64,000 bases of DNA from Candidatus Babeliales bacterium (GCA_018062405.1 JAGOSF010000005.1:34720-98719), one strand, 5' to 3'; shown: positions 49,135 through 58,258, counted from the stretch's first letter. Numbers and translations: made by a program. Notes: generated from the sequence alone by a model not told the origin.

Positions 49135-49170
49135 AAGGCACATTCCTTTTAATTGGGTGTGCCTTTTTTT
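49135..49170 (+). terminator. Cassette-boundary terminator 1
   Basis: AAGGCACATTCC-N-GGGTGTGCCTTTTTTT. Confidence 0.75.
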
Positions 49171-49178
49171 GTGCCTCT

Positions 49179-50115
49179 TTTTGTAGGTGAATCTGCATTG
49201 CAAGCAGGTAACGCAATGCAAAATATGTTACCACCAGAATTGATGAATAGTTCTCTTAAATTTTCAACCAATGCTGGCGAAGTTGTTGCTGTTTTTGCCG
49301 AAACTGGAGAAACTGTTGGTTCAGTTGCAGCGGCTGCACAAGCTGCAGAACGTATCACTCAGATTGCGGGTAATGTTACGCGAGCAAAAGATCTATTGGA
49401 TGAGTTAAAGGATTTGTTGCAACCAGATCCAGACAAGCTTACTGAATTTCAAAAATCTATTGAGCCTTATTTACGACAGGATAAACTTGTTGATGTTGAT
49501 AGTTTACGATCAATCGAAGGAGTTGAACAGGTTCAAAAATTTAAAGATTATACAAACAATTTTCATCCAGATGAGCTTGCAAAATTAAAACCAGAAGAGA
49601 TTTTGTATCTTAACTTGTGTGACTGGCTTGCACCAAAAGCAGAAATAATTAACGAGGCGTTAAAGAAAAAAGGTGGTATAACAATTATAGACCCAAAAAC
49701 AAAGAAAATTTTAGCTCATTATGAAAAGTATGATCTATTTCATTCTTTGCTTGGAGAAATGAAACCAAAGTTTATGAATAATGTTGTAAAAGGTGGACAT
49801 TTACCTATTTTAGAATTAAAAGGAGCTCTCTTTGAAATTAGCGAGATTAAACCTTTGGGAAATGGATTTTTTGATATGACAATTAAGCGAGGAAGTAATC
49901 GTAAAAAAAACTCTTTTTTTCCACTTGGAACGTCTATAGAAGAATCTGTTGCTATAATAGAAGATGCAATAATAAATTGTGAAAAAATTGAAATAGTTGT
50001 ATTGAAAGATAAGGCATTGCAAGGGTTTCATGTTGTAAATAAAAGAAATCAACAGTTTATGCTTGTGTTAAATAAGAATGAGTTACAGTTTTATCCTTCT
50101 AATATTCAGTTGTAA
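49179..50115 (+). CDS. Silent toxin C-terminal cassette 2 (alternative EndoU-like domain)
   Basis: ~500 bp near-identical to 47639-48140, then divergent FHSLLGE...KGGHL...KKNSFFPLG...FYP; no signal peptide or clear RBS. Confidence 0.8.
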
Positions 50116-50129
50116 ATGATGAGAAGATT

Positions 50130-50657
50130 ATGATTATTAAAAGTTACGAGATTTTTGTTTTAAGCTTTGATGATTTTTCGAATGTAAATATTGATTTAAT
50201 TACAAGTTCAATAAATAATACTTACTATTTAAGAATGTTTTTAGTTTATTCTTTTGGGGATGTTAGAAGAGATAATATTTTAAATTCTATAGAGAAAATA
50301 GATGATTTTTTTCAGGATGGAATATCTTTCGATTTTGTTGATATAAGTATTGATAACAATGCTAATTTAGTTTATTTAAGTGAGTCTTGGTATGATTATA
50401 AAGATAAACCAACTACCGATGAAATAGAAAAATTATTGGAAGATGCAAATTTTATAGAACTTTGTAAAATGGGGTTTCTTGATTACGCAGTTATGACAAG
50501 AGACAATTTTATTCATTTGTTATTAACGTGGAATAAGATTTTAGATCAATTGCCATCATTTGCGTTGTTGTATCAAGATGATAAAGATTGGTATAATATA
50601 GTGCCATTTGATTCAAAAGAGGCTATGGATCAATTTATAGTTGATCATGTAAAATAA
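50130..50657 (+). CDS. Immunity protein 2
   Basis: Follows cassette 2; C-terminal half nearly identical to immunity 1 (NFIELCKMGFL...DNFxHLLLTWNKILDQLP). Confidence 0.75.
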   Translation: MIIKSYEIFVLSFDDFSNVNIDLITSSINNTYYLRMFLVYSFGDVRRDNILNSIEKIDDFFQDGISFDFVDISIDNNANLVYLSESWYDYKDKPTTDEIEKLLEDANFIELCKMGFLDYAVMTRDNFIHLLLTWNKILDQLPSFALLYQDDKDWYNIVPFDSKEAMDQFIVDHVK

Positions 50658-50687
50658 AAAAATAAAAAATATTGCAGACTTTAGTAT

Positions 50688-50719
50688 AAGGCACAATTCA
50701 TTCGGTTGATTGTGCCTTT
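50688..50719 (+). terminator. Cassette-boundary terminator 2
   Basis: AAGGCACAATTC-N-GATTGTGCCTTT. Confidence 0.7.
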
Positions 50720-51390
50720 GAGCCTTATTTGCGACAAGATAAACTTGTTGATGTTGATCGATTACGATCAATCGAAGGAGTTGATCAGGTTCAGAGATTT
50801 AAAGATTATACAAACAATTTTCATCCAGATGAGCTTGCAAAATTAAAACCAGAAGAGATTTTGTATCTTAATTTGTGTGATTGGCTTGCACCGAAAGCAG
50901 ATATAATTAATGCGGCTTTAAAGAAAAAAGGAGGTATAAGAATTGTCGATTCTGTAACTGGGGTTGAAGCCTATTATGAAAAATATGATTTGTTTCATTC
51001 TTTGCTTGGTGAAATGTCTCCAGGTGCAGTAGCAAATAGAACTAGCGGAGGTCATTTGATGATTCCAGAATTGCGAGGAGCTATACTTAAAACTGGCAAG
51101 GTTACTCCAATTGGGCATGGGTTTTTTGATATCGATATTCAGTATTTAGGTAAAGAATCTGCTAAGTGTAAGACGAATTCAGTATATCCTCTGGGGACAT
51201 TGCTTGAAGAATCTGTGGAGCTGTTAGAAAAAACTCAGGAAAATTTTAAAGAAATAATCTGTGTTATAGATAAAAGTGGAAAAGCAGATGTTATGATAGA
51301 AGGAAAATTAGGTGAATTTTTGGTATGTTTATTAAAGATAATGAAGCAAAATTTTTTCCAATGAATCCATCAGCAAAATTAAGGAAGTAA
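50718..51390 (+). pseudogene. Silent toxin cassette 3 (EndoU-like, one-base frameshift near the 3' end)
   Basis: ~510 bp near-identical to 47920-48430. Adding one T to the T5 run at 51317-51321 restores ...GEFFGMFIKDNEAKFFPMNPSAKLRK* ending at 51390, just before immunity 3. Confidence 0.75.
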
Positions 51391-51397
51391 GGAAGTT

Positions 51398-51940
51398 ATG
51401 AATATTAAACAATATAAAAAATTTGAATTTCAAATTGCGTTGCAAGTTGAGTTTCAAATTGTACGTTATTCTTTATTAGAAAGGAAATCATCATATGATT
51501 ATCCAATTTCATATATAGAAATATTTTTTTCTGATGGTTTTCCTTACGTTAATCGGTATGGAGTTAAAGATTTTATAAAAGAACGTACAGAAGGAATGAT
51601 GTTTGAAAGAATTGAGCTTCATATTGATAATGAACATAATGTAGCTTATATTCATGAGCCAATAGATTTTTCTAGATCAGATATTACTCCTGAAGTTCAT
51701 CAATTAATAGAAAATGATGATATTGTAAAACTTTGTAAAATGGGATTTTTGGGATATACAGTTATGACAAAAGATAATTTATTTCATCTTTTGTTGTTGT
51801 GGGGAGAGTTTGTAGATAAAAAGGCTCCCTATATTTTAATTTATTTGGATGATAAAGATTACTATGATACGTTATCATTCGATTCAAAAGAATCTATGGA
51901 TAAATTTGTAGCTGAGCATACAAAAAAAGAAACAAATTGA
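51398..51940 (+). CDS. Immunity protein 3
   Basis: Same family (LCKMGFLGYTVMTKDNLFHLLLLW...FDSKESMDKF). Confidence 0.75.
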   Translation: MNIKQYKKFEFQIALQVEFQIVRYSLLERKSSYDYPISYIEIFFSDGFPYVNRYGVKDFIKERTEGMMFERIELHIDNEHNVAYIHEPIDFSRSDITPEVHQLIENDDIVKLCKMGFLGYTVMTKDNLFHLLLLWGEFVDKKAPYILIYLDDKDYYDTLSFDSKESMDKFVAEHTKKETN

Positions 51941-51957
51941 AAAAATAAGATTTTAGT

Positions 51958-51993
51958 AAGGCACATTCCATTTAATTGGGTGTGTCTTTTTTT
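51958..51993 (+). terminator. Cassette-boundary terminator 3
   Basis: AAGGCACATTCC-N-GGGTGTGTCTTTTTTT, copy of terminator 1. Confidence 0.75.
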
Positions 51994-52002
51994 GTAGCCT
52001 CT

Positions 52003-52608
52003 TTTTGTAGGTGAATCTGCATTGCAAGCAGGTAACGCAATGCAAAATATGTTACCACCAGAATTGATGGACAGTTCTCTTAAACTTTCGACCAATGCAG
52101 GGGAAGTTGTTGCTGTTTTTGCCGAAACTGGAGAAACTGTTGATTGTGTGATGGCATCAAAAGCCTCTATGGATCGATTTGCTAAAAACACAGGTAAAGG
52201 AGCTGGCGCGAAGCGTGCTCTTGACCCATTTGATGATACCTTGAATTCTGAACCAAAAAAAGGTACCCCAGAATGGGATAAAAAATATCCGAATGGGAAA
52301 TATGAAGGTGCTGATTATCATCGTGAGTAGGCTAAATTAAAGGAAGATTTTAAAGGGAAGTCTAAAAAAAGCCCTGCTCCTCAAGATGGTCAAGCTGCTT
52401 TAGATCGTTCATTAGAAGTTGAAGGTTCTCGTCATAGAATTACAATCGAAGATGACAAAATTGTAATTTTAAGATATGAAGGAAATGATATTTACCATGG
52501 ATATATTGTTGAAGATTTTCATTCCATAAAAGATGTTAAAATTTTAAGCACGGTTTAGTTAATAGTGGTTTGGTAAAAGATATGAAATCAGGAAAGATAG
52601 TAAAATGA
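52003..52608 (+). pseudogene. Silent toxin cassette 4 (non-EndoU toxin domain; in-frame stop plus frameshift)
   Basis: ~139 bp junction homologous to 47639-47778. Then YEGADYH...KSPAPQDGQAALDRS...YHGYI, with TAG at 52328-52330 and a frameshift at ~52540-52555. The repaired frame ends in a TGA overlapping the ATG of 52605. Confidence 0.75.
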
Positions 52609-53267
52609 AAGAATTGATTTTAAAATTAACTGAAATTGAGTCTATAAAAATTGTTTCAGATTCTGATGTTGATTTTGCAAAAGTTGATTATTGTTGTGGA
52701 GAGCTTGTAGCTTATTTTGTTTATAACAATAATGAATTCATTATAGGGCAAGCTTCAGCAGGGGATTTATGTGAAAATTTTATTGCAAGATTGCAAAAAA
52801 ATTTAAAGAATGAATTGCAGATACATGAATCAATAAAGCAAAACTTAGGTTTTATGTATAATCAGTATTGCCATCAGTTGCCACTTCTATCATCTGAATT
52901 TGTTAAGATTTTATCAAAAAGTGGCGAGTCTTCTTATTGGGTAGGATTAGATTATGATGTTTGGTCAACTTATATATCTACAAAGTCAATGTTGACAACT
53001 TGGTTATATAATGATGATAAAGGTAATATTATTTTTGAAGTGACGCCTTTATATCAATGGTCATTTTTACCAGATGAACCAGAAGATCCAGATTTTCAAA
53101 CTTATGAAGAATTCATGAAAGATTATAAGCCATTAATTACGAGAGTTATACCTCGCCAAGTTGCTATCGAATGGTTGGGTCAAGTCATGAAAGTTTATCG
53201 AGGACTATTTTCAACTGAAGAAAATTATAAAAATATGTGCAAAGAATTAGGCTGGGAAGATTGTTAG
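52605..53267 (+). CDS. Immunity protein 4 (different family)
   Basis: ATGA-coupled to the cassette 4 toxin; homologous to 38886-39485. Confidence 0.75.
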   Translation: MKELILKLTEIESIKIVSDSDVDFAKVDYCCGELVAYFVYNNNEFIIGQASAGDLCENFIARLQKNLKNELQIHESIKQNLGFMYNQYCHQLPLLSSEFVKILSKSGESSYWVGLDYDVWSTYISTKSMLTTWLYNDDKGNIIFEVTPLYQWSFLPDEPEDPDFQTYEEFMKDYKPLITRVIPRQVAIEWLGQVMKVYRGLFSTEENYKNMCKELGWEDC

Positions 53268-53275
53268 AAACTGTT

Positions 53276-53320
53276 AAAAGGCAGTGCGCAATTACCTATG
53301 AATTGCGCACTGCCTTTTTT
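53276..53320. terminator. Bidirectional terminator closing the array
   Basis: AAAAGGCAGTGCGCAATT-ACCTATG-AATTGCGCACTGCCTTTTTT. Confidence 0.85.
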
Positions 53321-53326
53321 ACGAAA

Positions 53327-53737
53327 TTAAAATCCTTGGCCATCATCATCTTCTGGATTGTCAGAAATTAAAACTCCTAGCATATCCTTGATGTGGTTTC
53401 GATTGAAGTAGGTTAAAGCACCTTGTTTTTTATGAGAAGGTTGATCGTTTGGATTTTTGCAAGGATCAGATTCAAATTTAAAAACGTTTGTTTCGAATTG
53501 CCCAGATTTATGCATAAGCCGAGCTCCAATCCATTGTTCACCATTGATTTGTCCAGCCCATGGACGAATCGAAAGCCCATATTTTTGTAATACTGGATAG
53601 ACTGGTTTTAAAATACCATACAAATCTGCATACTCATTTTTAAATGCTTTACGATTAACTCGAATCGTTGGAAACTCAACTTGCGCCTGAGCTAACGCTG
53701 TGTATAATTGGTCTTTTTCTACCGACTCTAACATCAT
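53327..53737 (-). CDS. ERF-family single-strand DNA annealing protein (136 aa)
   Basis: LYTALAQAQVEF...FKNEYADL...PVLQKYGL...RLMHKSGQF...GALTYFNR...LGV...EDDDG matches the ERF/Rad52-like recombinase pattern. Confidence 0.8.
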   Translation of the reverse strand: MMLESVEKDQLYTALAQAQVEFPTIRVNRKAFKNEYADLYGILKPVYPVLQKYGLSIRPWAGQINGEQWIGARLMHKSGQFETNVFKFESDPCKNPNDQPSHKKQGALTYFNRNHIKDMLGVLISDNPEDDDGQGF

Positions 53738-53842
53738 GGCCTTTTACCCTTTATGTCTCTCTTCTATTCTTAATAAAATTTAATTATTTCATATCTAAGA
53801 ATACCTCATAAACCGCAGAGTGAAAAGGTTTTTTCATTGTTT

Positions 53843-55255
53843 TTATAAACTTTTTTTGTTGCAAAAGTTTTCTACAAGTTGTGTAAAATAATGACCACGA
53901 GCTTTATAATCAGCAAACAAATCAAAGCTTGAGCCACCAGGTGAAAATAAAATATTGTGGGGTGATTGCAAACTTTTCATGCATGCAGCAAACGAAGCAT
54001 CAAGGGTTGCATGGATCTGATACTTGATGTTAAATTGTGCGCAAAGTTGTCCAATTTGTTCAGCTTCTTTTCCAAAAGCATATATTTCGATGGCGTGATT
54101 TTGTAAAGCTTGCATGAGTGGCGTGCGATCTGCGCCTTTACTTAATCCACCTAAAAATAGTTTGATTGGTTGATCGTTTTTTATTGATGTGACGGCTTGC
54201 AGTGTTGCTTGCCAAACGGTTGATTTTGAATCATTGTAAAATGTTGAGCCGTTCCATGATATATTGATTTTTTGTAAGCGGTGGTCTGGGAGCGCAATTG
54301 GCTGTGTCGCCAAAGAAATTATGGATAAAGGAATTTGTAAAATATCAGATGCCGCAACGATAATGACCCAGTTGATAGCAAAAGTTAATGATGCTGGCAG
54401 GGTGTCGCAATCAAAAATTTCTTCATCAAGGTTATTTTTGATTCTATGAATTTTATTATCGTAATCATAATAGATCGTATGGTCTTGATATTTTTCAATA
54501 TCTTTTTGTGATGGTCGTGTTGCAAAAAACAGATTACAACTTTTTTTATGAGGAGCGTTTTGCATAATGATATCTGTGCAGTCGTCATTGAGTGGGATCA
54601 AAGCTTGCTGTTCATTATTTTGAAATTTGAAGATGTTACATTTTGCATCAAAATATTCTTGCACTGACAGATGATGATCAAGATGGTTGGTAAAAAAATT
54701 GGTCATGATTGCAAGGTCTGGTGCAAACTTTTGAATTGGCTGTAATTGAAAACTTGAAAGCTCTAAAATTAAAAACCGAAGATCTGTAGATTGATGATTA
54801 TTTTTTTCAGAAATAAGATTTAGCATTGCATGGCCAATGTTACCAGCAGCGATAGAATCTGGGTATTTGTATTGTAAAATTTTTTCGAGCAAATGCGTGA
54901 TACTTGTTTTGCCGACAGTGCCGGTGATTGCAACGGTTTTATAATGAGTTTTATGATAGATGAGATCAAGCTCGTTGATAAATTTATACGCAAAGTTTTG
55001 GTAGTTATGCAACTTAATACCAGGGCTTGCAAGAATATAGTCATTGCTGTGTAAAAAATTTAAAATCGAAGCATCAGTTTGTATCGTTGCAAAAACGTGA
55101 TTTTTTGTCGCTGGTAGTGTGATTTTTTTGGTGTCTAGAATTTCGATCTGTTGAACTTGTTGTTGATCAAAGTAGGTGAGAGCTGAAAGACCGACAACTC
55201 CAAAACCCCAAATTCCGATTTTTTTATCTTGAAATATGTTCATATTTTGCTGCAT
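53843..55255 (-). CDS. murD: UDP-N-acetylmuramoyl-L-alanine:D-glutamate ligase
   Basis: AITGTVGKTS, GNIG, LELSSFQL, NHLDHH, YNDSKST, LGGLSKG, SPGGSSFD...RG. Confidence 0.95.
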   Translation of the reverse strand: MQQNMNIFQDKKIGIWGFGVVGLSALTYFDQQQVQQIEILDTKKITLPATKNHVFATIQTDASILNFLHSNDYILASPGIKLHNYQNFAYKFINELDLIYHKTHYKTVAITGTVGKTSITHLLEKILQYKYPDSIAAGNIGHAMLNLISEKNNHQSTDLRFLILELSSFQLQPIQKFAPDLAIMTNFFTNHLDHHLSVQEYFDAKCNIFKFQNNEQQALIPLNDDCTDIIMQNAPHKKSCNLFFATRPSQKDIEKYQDHTIYYDYDNKIHRIKNNLDEEIFDCDTLPASLTFAINWVIIVAASDILQIPLSIISLATQPIALPDHRLQKINISWNGSTFYNDSKSTVWQATLQAVTSIKNDQPIKLFLGGLSKGADRTPLMQALQNHAIEIYAFGKEAEQIGQLCAQFNIKYQIHATLDASFAACMKSLQSPHNILFSPGGSSFDLFADYKARGHYFTQLVENFCNKKSL

Positions 55256-55324
55256 GAGGTTTCTTTTGTTATACTTGGTATTATTTTATCATTAATGCTA
55301 TTTAGTATATGAAAAGGTTAATCT

Positions 55325-58258
55325 ATGAGCAAGCATGAAGAGCAAGAGCAAACGGCTTTAAGTTATAAAGATACATTAAATTTACCACGTACTGATTTTC
55401 CTATTCGTGCTCAATCTCATATTTTTGATCCACAAATTCTTGAGCGATGGAACAAGGAAGATTTATATGCACTGACTTATACACATAATAAAGGTAAAAA
55501 TAGCTTTATGTTGTATGACGGTCCGCCATATGCAAATGGAGATATTCATCTTGGACATGCTTATAATAAAATTTTAAAAGATATTGCAGTTAAATCAGAA
55601 CGCATGTCTGGAAAGCATGCACCTTTTGTTCCTTTGTGGGATTGTCATGGATTGCCGATAGAAATTAAGGTTGCTGCAGAAGTTGACGCGGAGACTAAAA
55701 ATAATCCTGTTGCCTTAAAAAAAGCTTGCCGAAAATATGCTGAAAAATGGGTTGGGATTCAAAAAGAAGAGTTTAAAAAACTTGGTGTGTTGATGGCTTT
55801 TGATGAGTCATGCACAACGATGGATCCAATTTATGAAGCACAAACTTTACGCGCATTTGGAATCATGGTTGGCAAAGGTTACATTGCTCGTAAACAAAAA
55901 ACCGTGCCTTGGTGTATGCATTGTCAGACAGTTTTAGCAAATGCTGAAATCGAGTACGAAGATCGTAAAGATCCGTCAGTGTATCTTGAATTTCCATTTG
56001 ATGCAGCGACAAGTTCAAAATTATTACCTCATTTTGAGGGAGCAAAGATGAGCTTGCTGGTGTGGACAACAACACCATGGACGTTGCCGTTAAATCGAGC
56101 TGTGGTATTAAAACCAGGTGCAAAATATCAGCTTGTTGAGATGAATAATAAGTTTGTTATTCTTGGAAAAGAGTTGGTGAGCAAAGTTGCTGCATTGATG
56201 CAAGTTGAAGCAAAATCTGTTGCAGAATTTGATGCAGAACAGTTAATTGGTCAAAAAGTTCATCATCCGTTTATTGAAAATTTCCAGGTGCCAGTCATTG
56301 GTGATGCATTTGTTTCACTTGAAGATGGAACAGCGTGTGTGCATAGTGCTCCTGGGTGTGGTCCTGATGATTACGAAATTGGATTAAAAAATGGTTTAGA
56401 GATTTATTCACCGTTAACCGTTGATGGTCGTTATACAGTAGAAATTATTCCTGCAGATTTAGCTGGAGTGTTGGTAACTGATGGTCAGTGGGCAGTGCTT
56501 AAAAAATTAGAAGAAGCTGGCAATTTATTCTTTAAACAGTCGATTCGCCACTCATATCCTCATTGTTGGCGTTGTCATAACGGTTTAATTTTCCGTGCGA
56601 CAAAACAATGGTTTTGTGATTTGTCACAACATAATTTACGGCAGCGAGCTTTAGATGCAATTGCATCTATGCGCATGATTCCAGAGACTGGTCGCAATCG
56701 TTTGAGCGCAACGGTTTCTGGTCGTTTAGAATGGTGTTTATCTCGTCAACGTAGTTGGGGTGTGCCGATTCCTGCAATCTCGTGTGATGATTGTAACGAA
56801 GTTATTCTGACAACCGAGTTGATTGAAAAAGTAGCTCAAGGTGTTCAAAAAGATGGCATCGAATATTGGGATGCAGTTGCGATCCCAACCTTAATTCCAT
56901 CTGGCGCATGTGTACAATGTGGTAGTAAAAATTTACGAAAAGAAGCAGATATTTTAGATGTTTGGTTCGATTCTGGGGTCAGTCATTTTGCAATGCTTTC
57001 AGAAGGTGTTGATGTTACCTATCCAGCTGATATGTATTTAGAAGGCAAAGATCAGCATCGTGGATGGTTTCAAAGTTCATTACTAACAAGCTTGGCCTTG
57101 AATGAACAACCTGCGATGAAAGAGATTTTAACGCATGGTTTTACGGTCGATGAAAAAGGTCGTAAAATGTCGAAATCGATTGGTAACGTTGTCAGCCCAG
57201 ATGATATTGTTGCAAAAATTGGTTTAGATGGATTGCGTTTATGGGTTGCAAGTAATGATTATGACAGTGATCCAATTGTTTCTGAAAATTTGATGAATAA
57301 CGTTGGTGAAGTTCATCGAAAAATTCGCAATACCTGCCGTTTCTTACTTTCTAATTTATATGATTTTGATATTGCAAAAGATGCTGTGCACGTCGACAAG
57401 ATGTTATTAATTGATCAGTATGCTTTATCTCAGTTATATGATGTAAATCGATCGATTCAACAATCGTATAAAGATCGTAAAACAACAGCGGTGTTTCATG
57501 GTCTTGCAGATTATTGTGTTAAAGAGTTAAGCTCATTTTATTTAGACATTGTAAAAGATCGTTTATATGTTGAAAAGGCTGATGGCTTTGAACGCAGATC
57601 AGCGCAAACAGTTTGTTATTACATTGTTGAAACGTTAACAAAATTAATGGCACCGATTTTGTCAGTGACTGCAGAATTAATTTCTGATTGTTATCAACAG
57701 CATAAAAAAGCTTCAATTCATTTACAGGATTTTGAAAATTTGGATTGGATTGAAAATCGATTGTTTACACAACTAGGTTATCATGATGTAAAAGGTATTG
57801 TTGATCCTCGTTTAGCTGGAATGCAGAGTAGTGCTTTGTATGATTGTACGGCAATTGAGTTTGAAAATATATGGCAAGCAATGCGAGATGTTCGTAGTGC
57901 GGTATTAAAATCTTTAGAAGAGTTACGCGGTCAGGGTGTGATTAAACATTCTCTTGATGCAGCAGTAAAATTACATCTTTCTTCTGATTTTAAATCGTAT
58001 GATTTAGTTCAACAGTTGTTTGCTATGATTGCACAACAAAATCAAGATGTTCATTTATTCTTAAAAGAATATTTTATTATTTCACAAGTCAAACTTGTGT
58101 TTGATATGCAAGGCATGCAGCAAATTGCTCCTGGAATTTTTGTTCAGGTTACCAAGGCGCAAGGCGGCAAATGTGCTCGTTGTTGGCAGTGGGAAGAGTT
58201 TGATCTTTTCGATGCTGAAAAACAGCTTTGTGGCAGATGTGCACGAGCATTAAAATAG
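55325..58258 (+). CDS. ileS: Isoleucine--tRNA ligase
   Basis: PPYANGDIHLGH (HIGH), WDCHGLP, YPHCWR, KMSKS, C-terminal CARC...CGRC zinc finger. Confidence 0.97.
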   Translation: MSKHEEQEQTALSYKDTLNLPRTDFPIRAQSHIFDPQILERWNKEDLYALTYTHNKGKNSFMLYDGPPYANGDIHLGHAYNKILKDIAVKSERMSGKHAPFVPLWDCHGLPIEIKVAAEVDAETKNNPVALKKACRKYAEKWVGIQKEEFKKLGVLMAFDESCTTMDPIYEAQTLRAFGIMVGKGYIARKQKTVPWCMHCQTVLANAEIEYEDRKDPSVYLEFPFDAATSSKLLPHFEGAKMSLLVWTTTPWTLPLNRAVVLKPGAKYQLVEMNNKFVILGKELVSKVAALMQVEAKSVAEFDAEQLIGQKVHHPFIENFQVPVIGDAFVSLEDGTACVHSAPGCGPDDYEIGLKNGLEIYSPLTVDGRYTVEIIPADLAGVLVTDGQWAVLKKLEEAGNLFFKQSIRHSYPHCWRCHNGLIFRATKQWFCDLSQHNLRQRALDAIASMRMIPETGRNRLSATVSGRLEWCLSRQRSWGVPIPAISCDDCNEVILTTELIEKVAQGVQKDGIEYWDAVAIPTLIPSGACVQCGSKNLRKEADILDVWFDSGVSHFAMLSEGVDVTYPADMYLEGKDQHRGWFQSSLLTSLALNEQPAMKEILTHGFTVDEKGRKMSKSIGNVVSPDDIVAKIGLDGLRLWVASNDYDSDPIVSENLMNNVGEVHRKIRNTCRFLLSNLYDFDIAKDAVHVDKMLLIDQYALSQLYDVNRSIQQSYKDRKTTAVFHGLADYCVKELSSFYLDIVKDRLYVEKADGFERRSAQTVCYYIVETLTKLMAPILSVTAELISDCYQQHKKASIHLQDFENLDWIENRLFTQLGYHDVKGIVDPRLAGMQSSALYDCTAIEFENIWQAMRDVRSAVLKSLEELRGQGVIKHSLDAAVKLHLSSDFKSYDLVQQLFAMIAQQNQDVHLFLKEYFIISQVKLVFDMQGMQQIAPGIFVQVTKAQGGKCARCWQWEEFDLFDAEKQLCGRCARALK

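Noticed and set aside
49098-52141. Possible CRISPR array or diversity-generating retroelement
   Set aside because: Repeats are 139-510 bp coding homologies, not short repeats with spacers. No cas or reverse-transcriptase gene is present, and I noticed no adenine-specific mismatch pattern (not formally counted).
47435-52191. Repeated antisense ORFs (47435-47818, 49149-49358, 51862-52191)
   Set aside because: They recur only because the toxin junction DNA is repeated; no independent coding signal.
53327-53737. Prophage call based on ERF
   Set aside because: No structural, terminase, integrase or lysis genes nearby; flanked by murD and the toxin array.
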